The notes under the pieces were generated by a model. That model saw only the letters and a program-made list of their open reading frames with translations. It was not told where the DNA came from and did no database searches. DNA of 64,000 nucleotides from an uncultured Candidatus Bathyarchaeia archaeon (GTDB lineage: Archaea > Thermoproteota > Bathyarchaeia > Bathyarchaeales > Bathyarchaeaceae), in NCBI GenBank assembly GCA_964556565.1, contig CAZKWF010000001.1, positions 33,035 through 97,034 on the forward strand, in the 5' to 3' direction. The first letter of the stretch is position 1. Every line of letters begins with the position of its first letter. This document shows positions 38,484 through 47,271 of the stretch, in pieces. The position numbers were made by a program, and so were the translations under genes.

Positions 38484-39173
38484 TTAGTTTGTCTCTAATG
38501 GAAGAATATGGAATAGGAGTTCTCTCCCTCTCTTTCCAACTTCTGCTATTGTGCCCATCTTCTTAAGACAATAGGTAATTTTGCGTGCCAAGTTGACTGA
38601 AGCGGCAACACGTGCTGAAAGATCTTTGTTGGTGAAGGGATCAGGCAGTTCTCCTGGGAGGAATCTAAGAAAATCCTTTTCATCCTTGAACAGGACCCGT
38701 TCAGTGACACTTATCAGCTTCCTGTCCTTGACGCTCACTCCTCTTCTTCTCCAGCTTCCCCTTCCATCATTGCATCTCACTTCCTCCTCCTCAATCATTA
38801 AGACTTCGAGAGAAAAATTCCTATGCTCTACCAGATCTGGCAGTCTTACAAGTTCATGGAATAAGTCAACCAGCCTTCCTTTCTTCGGAGACTTTCTTCT
38901 GCTAAGTGGTTCGCCAGATTGCGCAACTCGGATTATCCATTTCTGTTTCGCTATAGGGTACACTAGCCGGACCTTGTGATCTCGAACTAATCTTTGGAGT
39001 TTTCTCTTAGCTGCAGAGAAATTATTAGTCTGGATTTCAACCAGCAAGCTACCTTGCACAACATCAACCACAAAGCCCCCAATATTGACTTCAAACATGT
39101 CTCCTGGAAGCGAATACCATTGTTTGATTGCTGAATGGAGAGTATATTCATTCATTGCATTCCAACTGTACAT
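38484..39173 (-). CDS. PD-(D/E)xK-like nuclease-fold protein with C-terminal wHTH-like region (tentative)
   Basis: 229 aa. The segment GGFVVDVVQGSLLVEIQTNNF...KVRLVYPI has a D...E-x-Q/K-like core. Confidence 0.4.
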   Translation of the reverse strand: MYSWNAMNEYTLHSAIKQWYSLPGDMFEVNIGGFVVDVVQGSLLVEIQTNNFSAAKRKLQRLVRDHKVRLVYPIAKQKWIIRVAQSGEPLSRRKSPKKGRLVDLFHELVRLPDLVEHRNFSLEVLMIEEEEVRCNDGRGSWRRRGVSVKDRKLISVTERVLFKDEKDFLRFLPGELPDPFTNKDLSARVAASVNLARKITYCLKKMGTIAEVGKRGRELLFHILPLETN

Positions 39174-39257
39174 AGATGGATAATTGAATTGCTAACATGG
39201 ACCCATATACATCGCGTACACCTGCTTTCGTTTCTTACCAAAAAAAGGGAAGATTAC

Positions 39258-39307
39258 AGGGGACATCTCCACCGTGGCGGAGGTTCAAATCTCTCCGGAC
39301 CCATTGA
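39258..39307 (+). other. tRNA 3'-half-like remnant (T-arm GGAGGTTCAAATCTCTCC plus GGACCCA)
   Basis: Carries the canonical GGTTCAAATC T-loop context but with an 8-nt loop. I found no complementary 5' acceptor strand (TGGGTCC) upstream. Confidence 0.3.
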
Positions 39308-39351
39308 CTCCACAGACCTATCATGCATTTGAAAATTGGAAAGCCTCAGGG

Positions 39352-41652
39352 TTAAAACGAGGTAAGTTTTGTGGACTCGTAGCCTCTAACTGAATTGTAA
39401 ATGTCCTTTGCGGAATAGCCAAATGGGCTCAAAAGGTTGGAAGCCGCTGAATAGAGGAGAAGAAGGTATTTTTTAATATCTGAACTCATGTTTCCCTCAA
39501 TCAATTCTTCCGCTTTGACCCTTCGTTCGTACCGTTTGTTTTTTGCACTCGTAAAGAGAAATCTAACACTCTTCCCAGCGGAAACCTCTACGCCTTCCTT
39601 CAAAAGTTGTTCGGCTGCAATCACTTGGCTGACTTTCTGCTTATAGCTTTCCAGATTCTTAGAAAGACGCTTAGTAACGATCAAGTCCCAGATAGACACT
39701 TCTCCATCTATCAATCTCTTTCTACATTCCCTAACTACGTTCAAAGCGTCGGGTATTTTCTCAATGAAGACCTTAGAATCACCAGCAGTAGCCAACACTC
39801 TGATCATTTCCATCTGCGCATCATACACGAATTTTGGCGTATCCCTTCTTCTAATCTCTATGCCCCTAACTTTAATTCTCCCATCTTCCTTAACACCGTA
39901 ATAGCGATTCAACACGGCAACGTTAGGGTGCATCTTAGAAGGAAGGAAAACAATCCACTTGTAGCGGCCTTCAAAATTTAGAGGTACTCCAATTTTTGCA
40001 CTTACCTCTCTACATAGGCTGATGTATTCCTGTGTTGTGGCGTCTACCTTCTTGAGCCACAGTGAATCAACGATTCCATGAATTATGCTGAATCCTCTTC
40101 TCTCAGCAATATGAGCGGTCTCCAGAAATGCTTGTCTGCCGAAAGCACAAACACCAATATGGCCGTCAACAGTGCCAAATTTAGCGTTTCTATATCCAAG
40201 GTAGCCGAAGCACGTTACTAGAATCCATTTCAAGGCATCTTGACGTCTTTCATAAACTTCTTTTAACCTCTCATCTTTAGCTTCTCTCTTCAACCTCTTA
40301 TAACGCAACCTTTTTGCAACCGCGAACCTCAAAGTCTTGGGCACGATTCCAATACGTTTCTCGCAGATGTTGTATCCAAGCTCAGGGATACGCAATGGCG
40401 AATCTGGACAACACTTGCAAAGAACAGTTTCAGCTGATATGTTGTTTTTGACCATCAAGGAAGGATACATTGACGAGAAATCTACTTCGCCAACCCAATT
40501 GTGAATGCCCATCCTGGGCTCATAGATAAAGCCTCCGCGGTCTCCAACTAATAGCTCATAGGCAGATTTGAAAGCTTCTGGAATACGTTTATTCCTAGGG
40601 ATCAAAACGTCATCCTTTATTGCTTGGTAGAACTGGAGAGACGACATGCTTGAGCCTATTGAAGATCGTGAAGCTCGATGTAGAGGCACTCTGCAGGTTC
40701 TGGCGATTTCGATAAGTCCTTCAATTCCACACTCGTTGAGAATGAACGTGTTGTTTTCGTCGATGTGAACTCTACCATAAAGTCTCCTCATAGGAGCCCG
40801 ATAGTATGTTCTGCCGTAAGAAAAGAAAGTTGTTCCACGTTTCCGCTTGGCAACAAGAGGTATGTTCGCTCTACTCAGAACAAACCTGTCTAAAACACCG
40901 TTAACCAGCGCCCTTCTTGCAAGATAAGGAAGTACATGCGAGTCACCACCGCTAGTCAACAAAATATCTGGATCAAGTTTCTTAGCAACTTCAACAAACT
41001 GCAGTAGTTTATCTTTCTCGTCACCAGAGTCAAGGATTATTTTCTCGCCATCTTGAAAAACAACTATATCCTCCAATGGGTCATCAAGGTTTGCTATCTT
41101 CCCTTTCTTAGCAATATCAACATGGATTCTCATGATACGCAAAGGCGGAATCTGATAATCAACACTTTCCACAGAGTCTAAAAGCCGATATCTCAACCCA
41201 TGCTTTTCAACCTCGATTTCAACAAAAGCAAGTGGAAAAATATCACGGTCATAAAGATAGGCTTGAGTGCTCCGCAGATCACAGTTGTGCACTTGATAAC
41301 GTAAATATCCACCGATTTCTAGGATTTCACGCACAAAGAATGGAATCCTTCTGCAATCTTTCAATGTAACCTCTAAAACCTTTGACTTTTCAGTATCAAT
41401 TGGATTAGCATATTTGTGAACGAAACTGCATGAGATTATTGATCTGTTAGCAAAGAATCGAGTTGAAAGTCTCTCTATATCTTCTTCTTTGCCGGAAATG
41501 TAGATTTTCGGTTTAAACTCATCTATCAAACGGATTCTTTCGCCATCCTCAGTGATAATCCAAATGCTCATCTGGCCAAATGCTGAAGGATAGAGGTCGA
41601 AAACCCAACCTTTCACATGCTTAAGGTTGACTGCATTACTTTCTGATTGCAT
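39352..41652 (-). CDS. Family-B DNA polymerase, PolB2-like, with degenerate exonuclease motifs and altered motif C
   Basis: 766 aa. Motif A DFSSMYPS is intact. Motif B reads KWILVTCFGYLG. Motif C reads HGIVDS instead of YxDTDS. ExoI reads HVDIA (E lost) and ExoII reads GGDSHVLPYL (FD lost). Confidence 0.85.
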   Translation of the reverse strand: MQSESNAVNLKHVKGWVFDLYPSAFGQMSIWIITEDGERIRLIDEFKPKIYISGKEEDIERLSTRFFANRSIISCSFVHKYANPIDTEKSKVLEVTLKDCRRIPFFVREILEIGGYLRYQVHNCDLRSTQAYLYDRDIFPLAFVEIEVEKHGLRYRLLDSVESVDYQIPPLRIMRIHVDIAKKGKIANLDDPLEDIVVFQDGEKIILDSGDEKDKLLQFVEVAKKLDPDILLTSGGDSHVLPYLARRALVNGVLDRFVLSRANIPLVAKRKRGTTFFSYGRTYYRAPMRRLYGRVHIDENNTFILNECGIEGLIEIARTCRVPLHRASRSSIGSSMSSLQFYQAIKDDVLIPRNKRIPEAFKSAYELLVGDRGGFIYEPRMGIHNWVGEVDFSSMYPSLMVKNNISAETVLCKCCPDSPLRIPELGYNICEKRIGIVPKTLRFAVAKRLRYKRLKREAKDERLKEVYERRQDALKWILVTCFGYLGYRNAKFGTVDGHIGVCAFGRQAFLETAHIAERRGFSIIHGIVDSLWLKKVDATTQEYISLCREVSAKIGVPLNFEGRYKWIVFLPSKMHPNVAVLNRYYGVKEDGRIKVRGIEIRRRDTPKFVYDAQMEMIRVLATAGDSKVFIEKIPDALNVVRECRKRLIDGEVSIWDLIVTKRLSKNLESYKQKVSQVIAAEQLLKEGVEVSAGKSVRFLFTSAKNKRYERRVKAEELIEGNMSSDIKKYLLLLYSAASNLLSPFGYSAKDIYNSVRGYESTKLTSF

Positions 41653-41896
41653 CTAACTTCTTCTCTAGCCTGTTCAAAGTCTTCTGTTGATGTAGGAGAA
41701 TCGACATGACCATGGATTCGAATAGTACAGGACGCGTGGCGTTGCCCCCGGCAGACGCGTAGTTTCTACATGCATCCATCATACGATCAAAAGCTGTTCT
41801 ATCTTCCTTTCGCAGAGCTCTCGCAAATCCACTCCAACTCTGCAATTCTCTATCTAGTGCCATTCGATATGATTCAACTGTTTTTCCCATCTTCAC
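41636..41896 (-). CDS. 86-aa helical hypothetical protein, translationally coupled within the polymerase operon
   Basis: Overlaps the polB start by 17 nt and the upstream RadA-like stop by 4 nt. Confidence 0.55.
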   Translation of the reverse strand: MKMGKTVESYRMALDRELQSWSGFARALRKEDRTAFDRMMDACRNYASAGGNATRPVLFESMVMSILLHQQKTLNRLEKKLDAIRK

Positions 41897-42612
41897 ACCT
41901 TCATGAATCTAGTGAGTGAGCGATTTTCTGAAGGGAAGCGAGCACTTCCTAAGGTGAAAAAAGGATGCTTCTCCAAGAGAAACTGCTGGCCTTGTTTAGA
42001 AGGTTTAATTGATGCTACAGCGTTGGCTCGTCCACAAACTACTGCTTTAAGAAAAATATTCTGCTTTGATGGATAATGAGGGGGGTAAGTAGCAACTACG
42101 ATCGCACGTTTTTCTTCAGCAAACTTTGAGAGAAAGAGGATCACTTTGTTGAAAACATGTCTAGCCTCTCTCTTAGGCACATCCTTGTCAAGATACAAGC
42201 CTGCAATATCTGATATAATAACAAGCTTCGAATTATGTTTCTTAACAGCCGTCTCCATTTTGTCAAGAATTAGAGAAGTCATCTGATAGGCTGTGAATGC
42301 TCTAGAAATGAAGATCCGTTCTAAAACTTCCTTCGGGCCAAGCTTGTGAAGTTGGGCAATATATGAAATGTCATACAATCTGAAAGTGTTGCCCCCGTCG
42401 ACGAACACCACGTTTGTCTCTAAGCCTCCAAGTTGATATGGAAGCTGGGCTCTAACGCAGAGAAGCATTGATAAGGGCAAGATTGTAGAAGCGCCATGAA
42501 GGACAGCAAAGTCGCCTAGGACAAAGCCTGGAAACAAGGCATCTATATTTTTGATGTTGAAAGATAAGCGAAGTTGAGAGGAAACGGTCTCTAACAATGT
42601 GCTTGCTGACAA
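41893..42612 (-). CDS. RadA/RadB-like RecA-fold protein lacking the Walker A lysine
   Basis: 239 aa. Collinear with RadB (NIDALFPGFVLGDFAVLHG, VVFVDGGNTFRL, LVIISDIAGLY), but GxxGxGKT is replaced by HGASTILP. Confidence 0.7.
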   Translation of the reverse strand: MSASTLLETVSSQLRLSFNIKNIDALFPGFVLGDFAVLHGASTILPLSMLLCVRAQLPYQLGGLETNVVFVDGGNTFRLYDISYIAQLHKLGPKEVLERIFISRAFTAYQMTSLILDKMETAVKKHNSKLVIISDIAGLYLDKDVPKREARHVFNKVILFLSKFAEEKRAIVVATYPPHYPSKQNIFLKAVVCGRANAVASIKPSKQGQQFLLEKHPFFTLGSARFPSENRSLTRFMKV

Positions 42613-42775
42613 AACTATCTTTCTCTCCTAACGTTGGGGTTAAAAACTTGGGATTCGAAGATTCTTAAAGATTTGGCAGTAGAATATTCTGGAAAAGGGG
42701 ACAGAGTAGAGCAAAAGTGAAAGCGGGGATGAAGATTAATTTGTCTGAATGTGAAAGTAAACAAGAGGGCGAAGA

Positions 42776-43690
42776 TTGACAGAGTACCTTGTTGGAACAG
42801 GCGGTTGGGCCTACTTCAAAGTTCCGAACAAACTTTCACTAAAAGCTTATTCTGAAAACTTCAACTTTGTAGAAGTGAACTATACCTTTTACAAATATCC
42901 TAGCGCCAAAATGGTGGAGAGATGGCGGCAAATAGTACCTAAGGATTTCACATTCACCGTTAGATGTCATCAAGACCTAACTCATAGAATCGGCTTTGTA
43001 CCAGTAGACCAAGCTTACGCAGTATTCGGTCGGATGATAGGTATATGTAGAATCCTTGACGCTCCCTTTCTACATTTGCTGACACCTGCAAGCTGTGTTC
43101 TCGACCACGTAAAGATAAGACAAGCAGAAGATTTCTTCTCAACAATCGATCTGAAGGGCGTACGCCTTGTTTGGGAAGTAAGAAGCCCCATAACTACGAA
43201 ACTCGTCAATCTTATGGAAGACTTTGGGATAGTCTATTCAGTTGACCTATCAAGGGAACCGCCAGCATACGAATCTGGTGTTATCTACAGCAGGGTTTTC
43301 GGTAAGGGGAAGCACAACCTCTACCAGTTCACTGATGAGGAGCTTGGGGAGATCGATCAGAAAATACTCAAAACTGAAGCGAAAATCGCAGTCATTACAT
43401 ATCATGGTCCACGAATGACAAGCGATGCTTTGAGATTCACGAAATACAAAGAAACAGGGAAATTTCCGCCAGTTACTGCTCACACAGGGATTGAATCAGC
43501 CAAAACAGTTCTTCAAGAGGATGCTAGACTTCCCTCAACAAAAGCAGAACTTGTCAGGCACCAAGGCTGGAAGGTAATCGATCTAGCAGCCGACAAGAGA
43601 GTCCACCTACATGAGTTACTTTCTAAAATACCTGAGAAGACTTACAATAGCATCCAAGAAGTGATTGAAGAATTGGAGGGTATCCAATGA
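42776..43690 (+). CDS. DUF72-family protein (divergent)
   Basis: 304 aa with a TTG start. YLVGTGGWAY...VEVNYTFYKYPS matches the DUF72 N-terminal signature. Confidence 0.75.
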   Translation: MTEYLVGTGGWAYFKVPNKLSLKAYSENFNFVEVNYTFYKYPSAKMVERWRQIVPKDFTFTVRCHQDLTHRIGFVPVDQAYAVFGRMIGICRILDAPFLHLLTPASCVLDHVKIRQAEDFFSTIDLKGVRLVWEVRSPITTKLVNLMEDFGIVYSVDLSREPPAYESGVIYSRVFGKGKHNLYQFTDEELGEIDQKILKTEAKIAVITYHGPRMTSDALRFTKYKETGKFPPVTAHTGIESAKTVLQEDARLPSTKAELVRHQGWKVIDLAADKRVHLHELLSKIPEKTYNSIQEVIEELEGIQ

Positions 43691-44517
43691 GCACAAGCAA
43701 CATTTTGCTAGGCACTTCAGGTTGGAGCTACAGGGAGTGGATAGGACCCTTCTATAGTAAGGGGGAGAAGAGTATGTTGCGTGCTTATGGAAGAGTCTTC
43801 AAAACGGCTGAGATAAATTCCACGTTCTACAGGTACCCTACAGATAAAATGGTCATGGGTTGGACGAGATATAGCCCTGCTGACTTCGTGTTCACGGCGA
43901 AGCTACCTAAGCTTATCACTCATGAGAAGAAACTCGATTTGGAGCAAGGGGTTGAGGAGGATCTTCAAAGATTTTGTGAAACAATGCGAATTCTGCTATT
44001 GAACGGGAAACTTGGGTGTTTGCTCATTCAGTTGCCCCCAAAATACGGGTATGATGTTGACCATTTGGAGTCTTTCTTCAAAATTCTTCCCGCCGACTTC
44101 AAATTTGCCGTGGAATTTCGCAACCTATCGTGGCTACAGAGTGAAACATGGAATTTGCTGAACAGATACAAGGTTGCTTACACCATCGTCGACGAGCCTC
44201 TGTTGCCGCCTGAAATTCACGTAACCTCAAGCTTTGCCTATTTCCGTTGGCACGGAAAGGGTGACAAACCGTGGTTTAACTACAGATATTCAAAGGATGA
44301 GTTGGAGCCTTGGATACCAAAGGTGAAGGAGACTTCTAAGAAAGTCAAGAAGGTATACGGCTATTTTAACAATCATTTCCACGGGTATGCACCTGAGAAC
44401 TGCCTGCAGGTATTGAAAATACTTGGCATGATCGAGTCTGGTCAGCAAGAAGCAATGCGACGCGTCAAAAAACACAGGCAAAAGCCGAAACAGACAACTC
44501 TCGGAGCATTTGGTTAG
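43687..44517 (+). CDS. DUF72-family protein
   Basis: 276 aa. ATGA overlap with the upstream DUF72 gene. About 70% identical by eye to residues 1-270 of the 10894-12096 product. Confidence 0.85.
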   Translation: MSTSNILLGTSGWSYREWIGPFYSKGEKSMLRAYGRVFKTAEINSTFYRYPTDKMVMGWTRYSPADFVFTAKLPKLITHEKKLDLEQGVEEDLQRFCETMRILLLNGKLGCLLIQLPPKYGYDVDHLESFFKILPADFKFAVEFRNLSWLQSETWNLLNRYKVAYTIVDEPLLPPEIHVTSSFAYFRWHGKGDKPWFNYRYSKDELEPWIPKVKETSKKVKKVYGYFNNHFHGYAPENCLQVLKILGMIESGQQEAMRRVKKHRQKPKQTTLGAFG

Positions 44518-44574
44518 AAAGAATGATAGCGTCTGACCTTTGGCCTGCGTTGTGATATGTCCGTAATGCATACA

Positions 44575-44778
44575 TTATGTTTTCTTAATGAATTCGATTA
44601 GTGCAATTATGATGCCAGCTAACGCTACTAGTCCGCCTAGAATTTCCATGGCTGTCCAGAAGTTCATGTCGCCTCTTGTGATGAAAGCTATTAGACAGTT
44701 CCTCTGAGAAGCAGAAAAACCCAAAGCTGCGCCAACAACAAAAAGAACCAAACCGAACAGAATCAAGCTTCTCCTCAC
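44575..44778 (-). CDS. 67-aa two-TM membrane protein (copy 2, GTG start)
   Basis: Paralog of 38041-38244. Confidence 0.6.
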   Translation of the reverse strand: MRRSLILFGLVLFVVGAALGFSASQRNCLIAFITRGDMNFWTAMEILGGLVALAGIIIALIEFIKKT

Positions 44779-44840
44779 AAGTCAACCCAACAAATCAACA
44801 TCTAGGATAATGCAAAGGCAAAATATTCTTTTAAACTTTG
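44575..44840. repeat. Direct repeat, right copy (pairs with 38041-38307)
   Basis: See the left copy. Same orientation, 6534 bp apart. Confidence 0.85.
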
Positions 44841-45016
44841 ATTATCATTCAAGGAGTAACTCGACGCTTTGATAATTATGCTGCGTTTCGAACAACCATT
44901 CATGACTAAACCCTCAATTTAATATGTCCAACTTTCAAACATGAAAACCTAAAATAATGCTTGTATTTTTCTCCTTCCCATAGCAGGAGACCAGCAAGCC
45001 TGTGTATACACCATGC

Positions 45017-45757
45017 CTAGGTTCTCTGGAATATCTGCGATAAATCTTCAAAGATTCTTTCATAACGTTTTACTTTTGTGCTTTCCCATCCTTTCTTGAA
45101 ATCCTCTCTGAGAATGTAAACACCATCCAACTCATACTCAGCGATTATTCTGTTTCTGCTTTTCCCGTCAAACGACCCTTTTTTATTCTTACTTATGATG
45201 AAGTCGTCGTCATTATCCGTAGTCGCTAAAAAGACACGGATGTTTTTTGTAACGTCCGATGATACTAGTTTCAACTTCCAATAACATGCTTGTGCTATCC
45301 GCTCTCGCAAGCTTGTCTTACAAGATATTATTGCTATTATATCGGATTTCCAAGGCTCTAAATTCGCAAATTTAACAATAGCTAGATCAGTATCTGGAAG
45401 TAGCAAGTATTCTCCATACTTCACAGCAAGTTTTCTGAGGATAATATCATTCTTTTTTATCTCGTTTTCTTGCAGAACTTCAAAATCCCGAAAGCTCTGG
45501 TCTTGGCTTTTAAGCTTAAGCAGGTACCCTTTGGTGATGGAGTAAATAACTTTTTGAAACTTATTTCCTATGTAACCATGCCAAGATTGTTCTAGGTCTT
45601 TGTCAGGATGAATCTGCCTCAAAACTTCGATGTACTCGTCTTTCAGTTTCTGAATCTCGTCCCATGCTGTCTCAGGAGGCAACTCTCCGGTTTTGACTTG
45701 ACTTATTAAGTTGTCTATCTTTTTTCTTGGGTCTGCTTTCATTTCTTTCCTCTCCAA
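45017..45757 (-). CDS. Type II restriction endonuclease-like PD-(D/E)xK protein
   Basis: 246 aa. LLLPDTDLAIV ... IIAIISCKTSLRERIAQ is a PD...SxK variant with the K-T-S-x-R-E-R tail common in type II REases. Lies 27 nt downstream of the methyltransferase gene. Confidence 0.65.
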   Translation of the reverse strand: MERKEMKADPRKKIDNLISQVKTGELPPETAWDEIQKLKDEYIEVLRQIHPDKDLEQSWHGYIGNKFQKVIYSITKGYLLKLKSQDQSFRDFEVLQENEIKKNDIILRKLAVKYGEYLLLPDTDLAIVKFANLEPWKSDIIAIISCKTSLRERIAQACYWKLKLVSSDVTKNIRVFLATTDNDDDFIISKNKKGSFDGKSRNRIIAEYELDGVYILREDFKKGWESTKVKRYERIFEDLSQIFQRT

Positions 45758-45784
45758 TTGAAGGGTCGACTACTCATTTGACTT

Positions 45785-47038
45785 TTACCTTTCGTATTGG
45801 GTCCACTCAATTTTCCGCGGCTTAGTCCTTTTGATTTTCTCTCCATTTGACTTTCGCATAATAAACAAATATTTGAAGCCTCGTAGAAAGAAGTTGAATC
45901 GTCTTGCACGATTGTACCACAAGCCCGTATGTGATGCTTGTCCTCTTCTGGCTATACATATAATATCGACTGTATCGAAGTGTTTGCATAATCTTTGATA
46001 AACTTTGAACCCTACTGGAGTAAATTGTCTTTTTACCCATTGGTCGCCAATTAGCCATCCAAGTACTTTTCCAGACTTTAGAATCCGATGACATTCTTTC
46101 ATCACCTTTTCAAGCTCATCGTAGAACAGTTCATTTTCACTTGAAATCTTACCTATGCAGTCGGCATGTTCATTATATCTTATGTTATCCCCATATGGAG
46201 AGTCAACGAATACTAGATCTACATGATTACCTGTGAGAGGAATTTTTCGTGAGTCATTTTGAATAATATCAGATCTTACTGGCGCAATATCGTAACCAAT
46301 CACTCTACGACCTTCTTCTTTGCAAACATCAATTGTGGTGCCACTACCGCACATTGGGTCGACTACCAAATCTCCAGGTTCGGTGTATCTCCAAATAATG
46401 TTCCATATAAGTAGAGCAGGTGTCACACCCGGATACTTATTATCCCCTTTGGGATATTTACCGTAGCTTTGTCTAGGAAAATCCCAAAGAGTTGTGGCCT
46501 CCAACAAAGGCAGTTCTTCATGAGGATCTTGGCCAATTTGCTTCACTTCACCTAGTAACTCCCATGATCTAAGTTCCTTTGATACCTCGAGATCTGAACC
46601 TTCGGTTTCTAACAAGAATTGGAACCAGTCGTCCATCCGTAAATTTTTGGGACGATAAAGCTCAAGGAGTTTAATAGTGACTTTCCTGTTCATAGGAGAA
46701 GAACGTTCTATTCCCAATGTTTTCAGCAGTTTCTTTGCGTTTTTTGTTGGTATAATTTTTCCAAGGGGTTCTGCTTTCACCTGATATGGATATTTGCCAT
46801 CCCATGCTTCTGGCTGGATGTTCATCTCTGCATCAGAGGTCGCTCTGAATACACCGTATAGCATGTCAGAGTCCAGATTTAGAAGGAATAAGAAGCTTCC
46901 CTTTCTCACTTTCATTGCAGCGGGCGCATAGAGCCTGTTTGTTCCGAAGAGCAGACGACTGAAGCATTCATTCTCCGATTTATTCGTACATGCAAAAACT
47001 TGTCCATGTATGATTGATTTCTTGGAGAGCTGAAGCAA
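45785..47038 (-). CDS. DCD (PUA-like) domain fused to an N4/N6-type DNA methyltransferase
   Basis: 417 aa. The N-terminus IHGQVFACTNKSENECFSRLLFGTN...GSFLFLLNLDSDMLYGVFRATSDAEMNIQPEAWDGKYPYQVK matches the DCD consensus. The C-terminal half has LVVDPMCGSGTT (motif I) followed by VFVDSPYG (motif IV). Confidence 0.8.
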   Translation of the reverse strand: MLQLSKKSIIHGQVFACTNKSENECFSRLLFGTNRLYAPAAMKVRKGSFLFLLNLDSDMLYGVFRATSDAEMNIQPEAWDGKYPYQVKAEPLGKIIPTKNAKKLLKTLGIERSSPMNRKVTIKLLELYRPKNLRMDDWFQFLLETEGSDLEVSKELRSWELLGEVKQIGQDPHEELPLLEATTLWDFPRQSYGKYPKGDNKYPGVTPALLIWNIIWRYTEPGDLVVDPMCGSGTTIDVCKEEGRRVIGYDIAPVRSDIIQNDSRKIPLTGNHVDLVFVDSPYGDNIRYNEHADCIGKISSENELFYDELEKVMKECHRILKSGKVLGWLIGDQWVKRQFTPVGFKVYQRLCKHFDTVDIICIARRGQASHTGLWYNRARRFNFFLRGFKYLFIMRKSNGEKIKRTKPRKIEWTQYER

Positions 47039-47230
47039 TAGTAAATATCTCCCTTCAACTTGTTAAGTAGAACTGCTTATTTAAGCATAGCAGAACTCGA
47101 AAACTTACCTTCCTAGCTTATGCGCACTTGGATAAATAATAAAATGTTTGTTAAGAAAAAAAGGAAAACTGTTCTTTTAATCTATTCTATCTCTGGAAAA
47201 GTTATAAGAGAACACGTGCTCTGATTAAAT

Positions 47231-47238
47231 TGCATGCA
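47231..47238. repeat. ATGCATGCAT-family palindrome (8-mer core)
   Basis: tgcatgca, 34 nt upstream of ATG 47272. Confidence 0.6.
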
Positions 47239-47271
47239 GTTTTTATATTCTGATTACTACTATCCTTAGTC

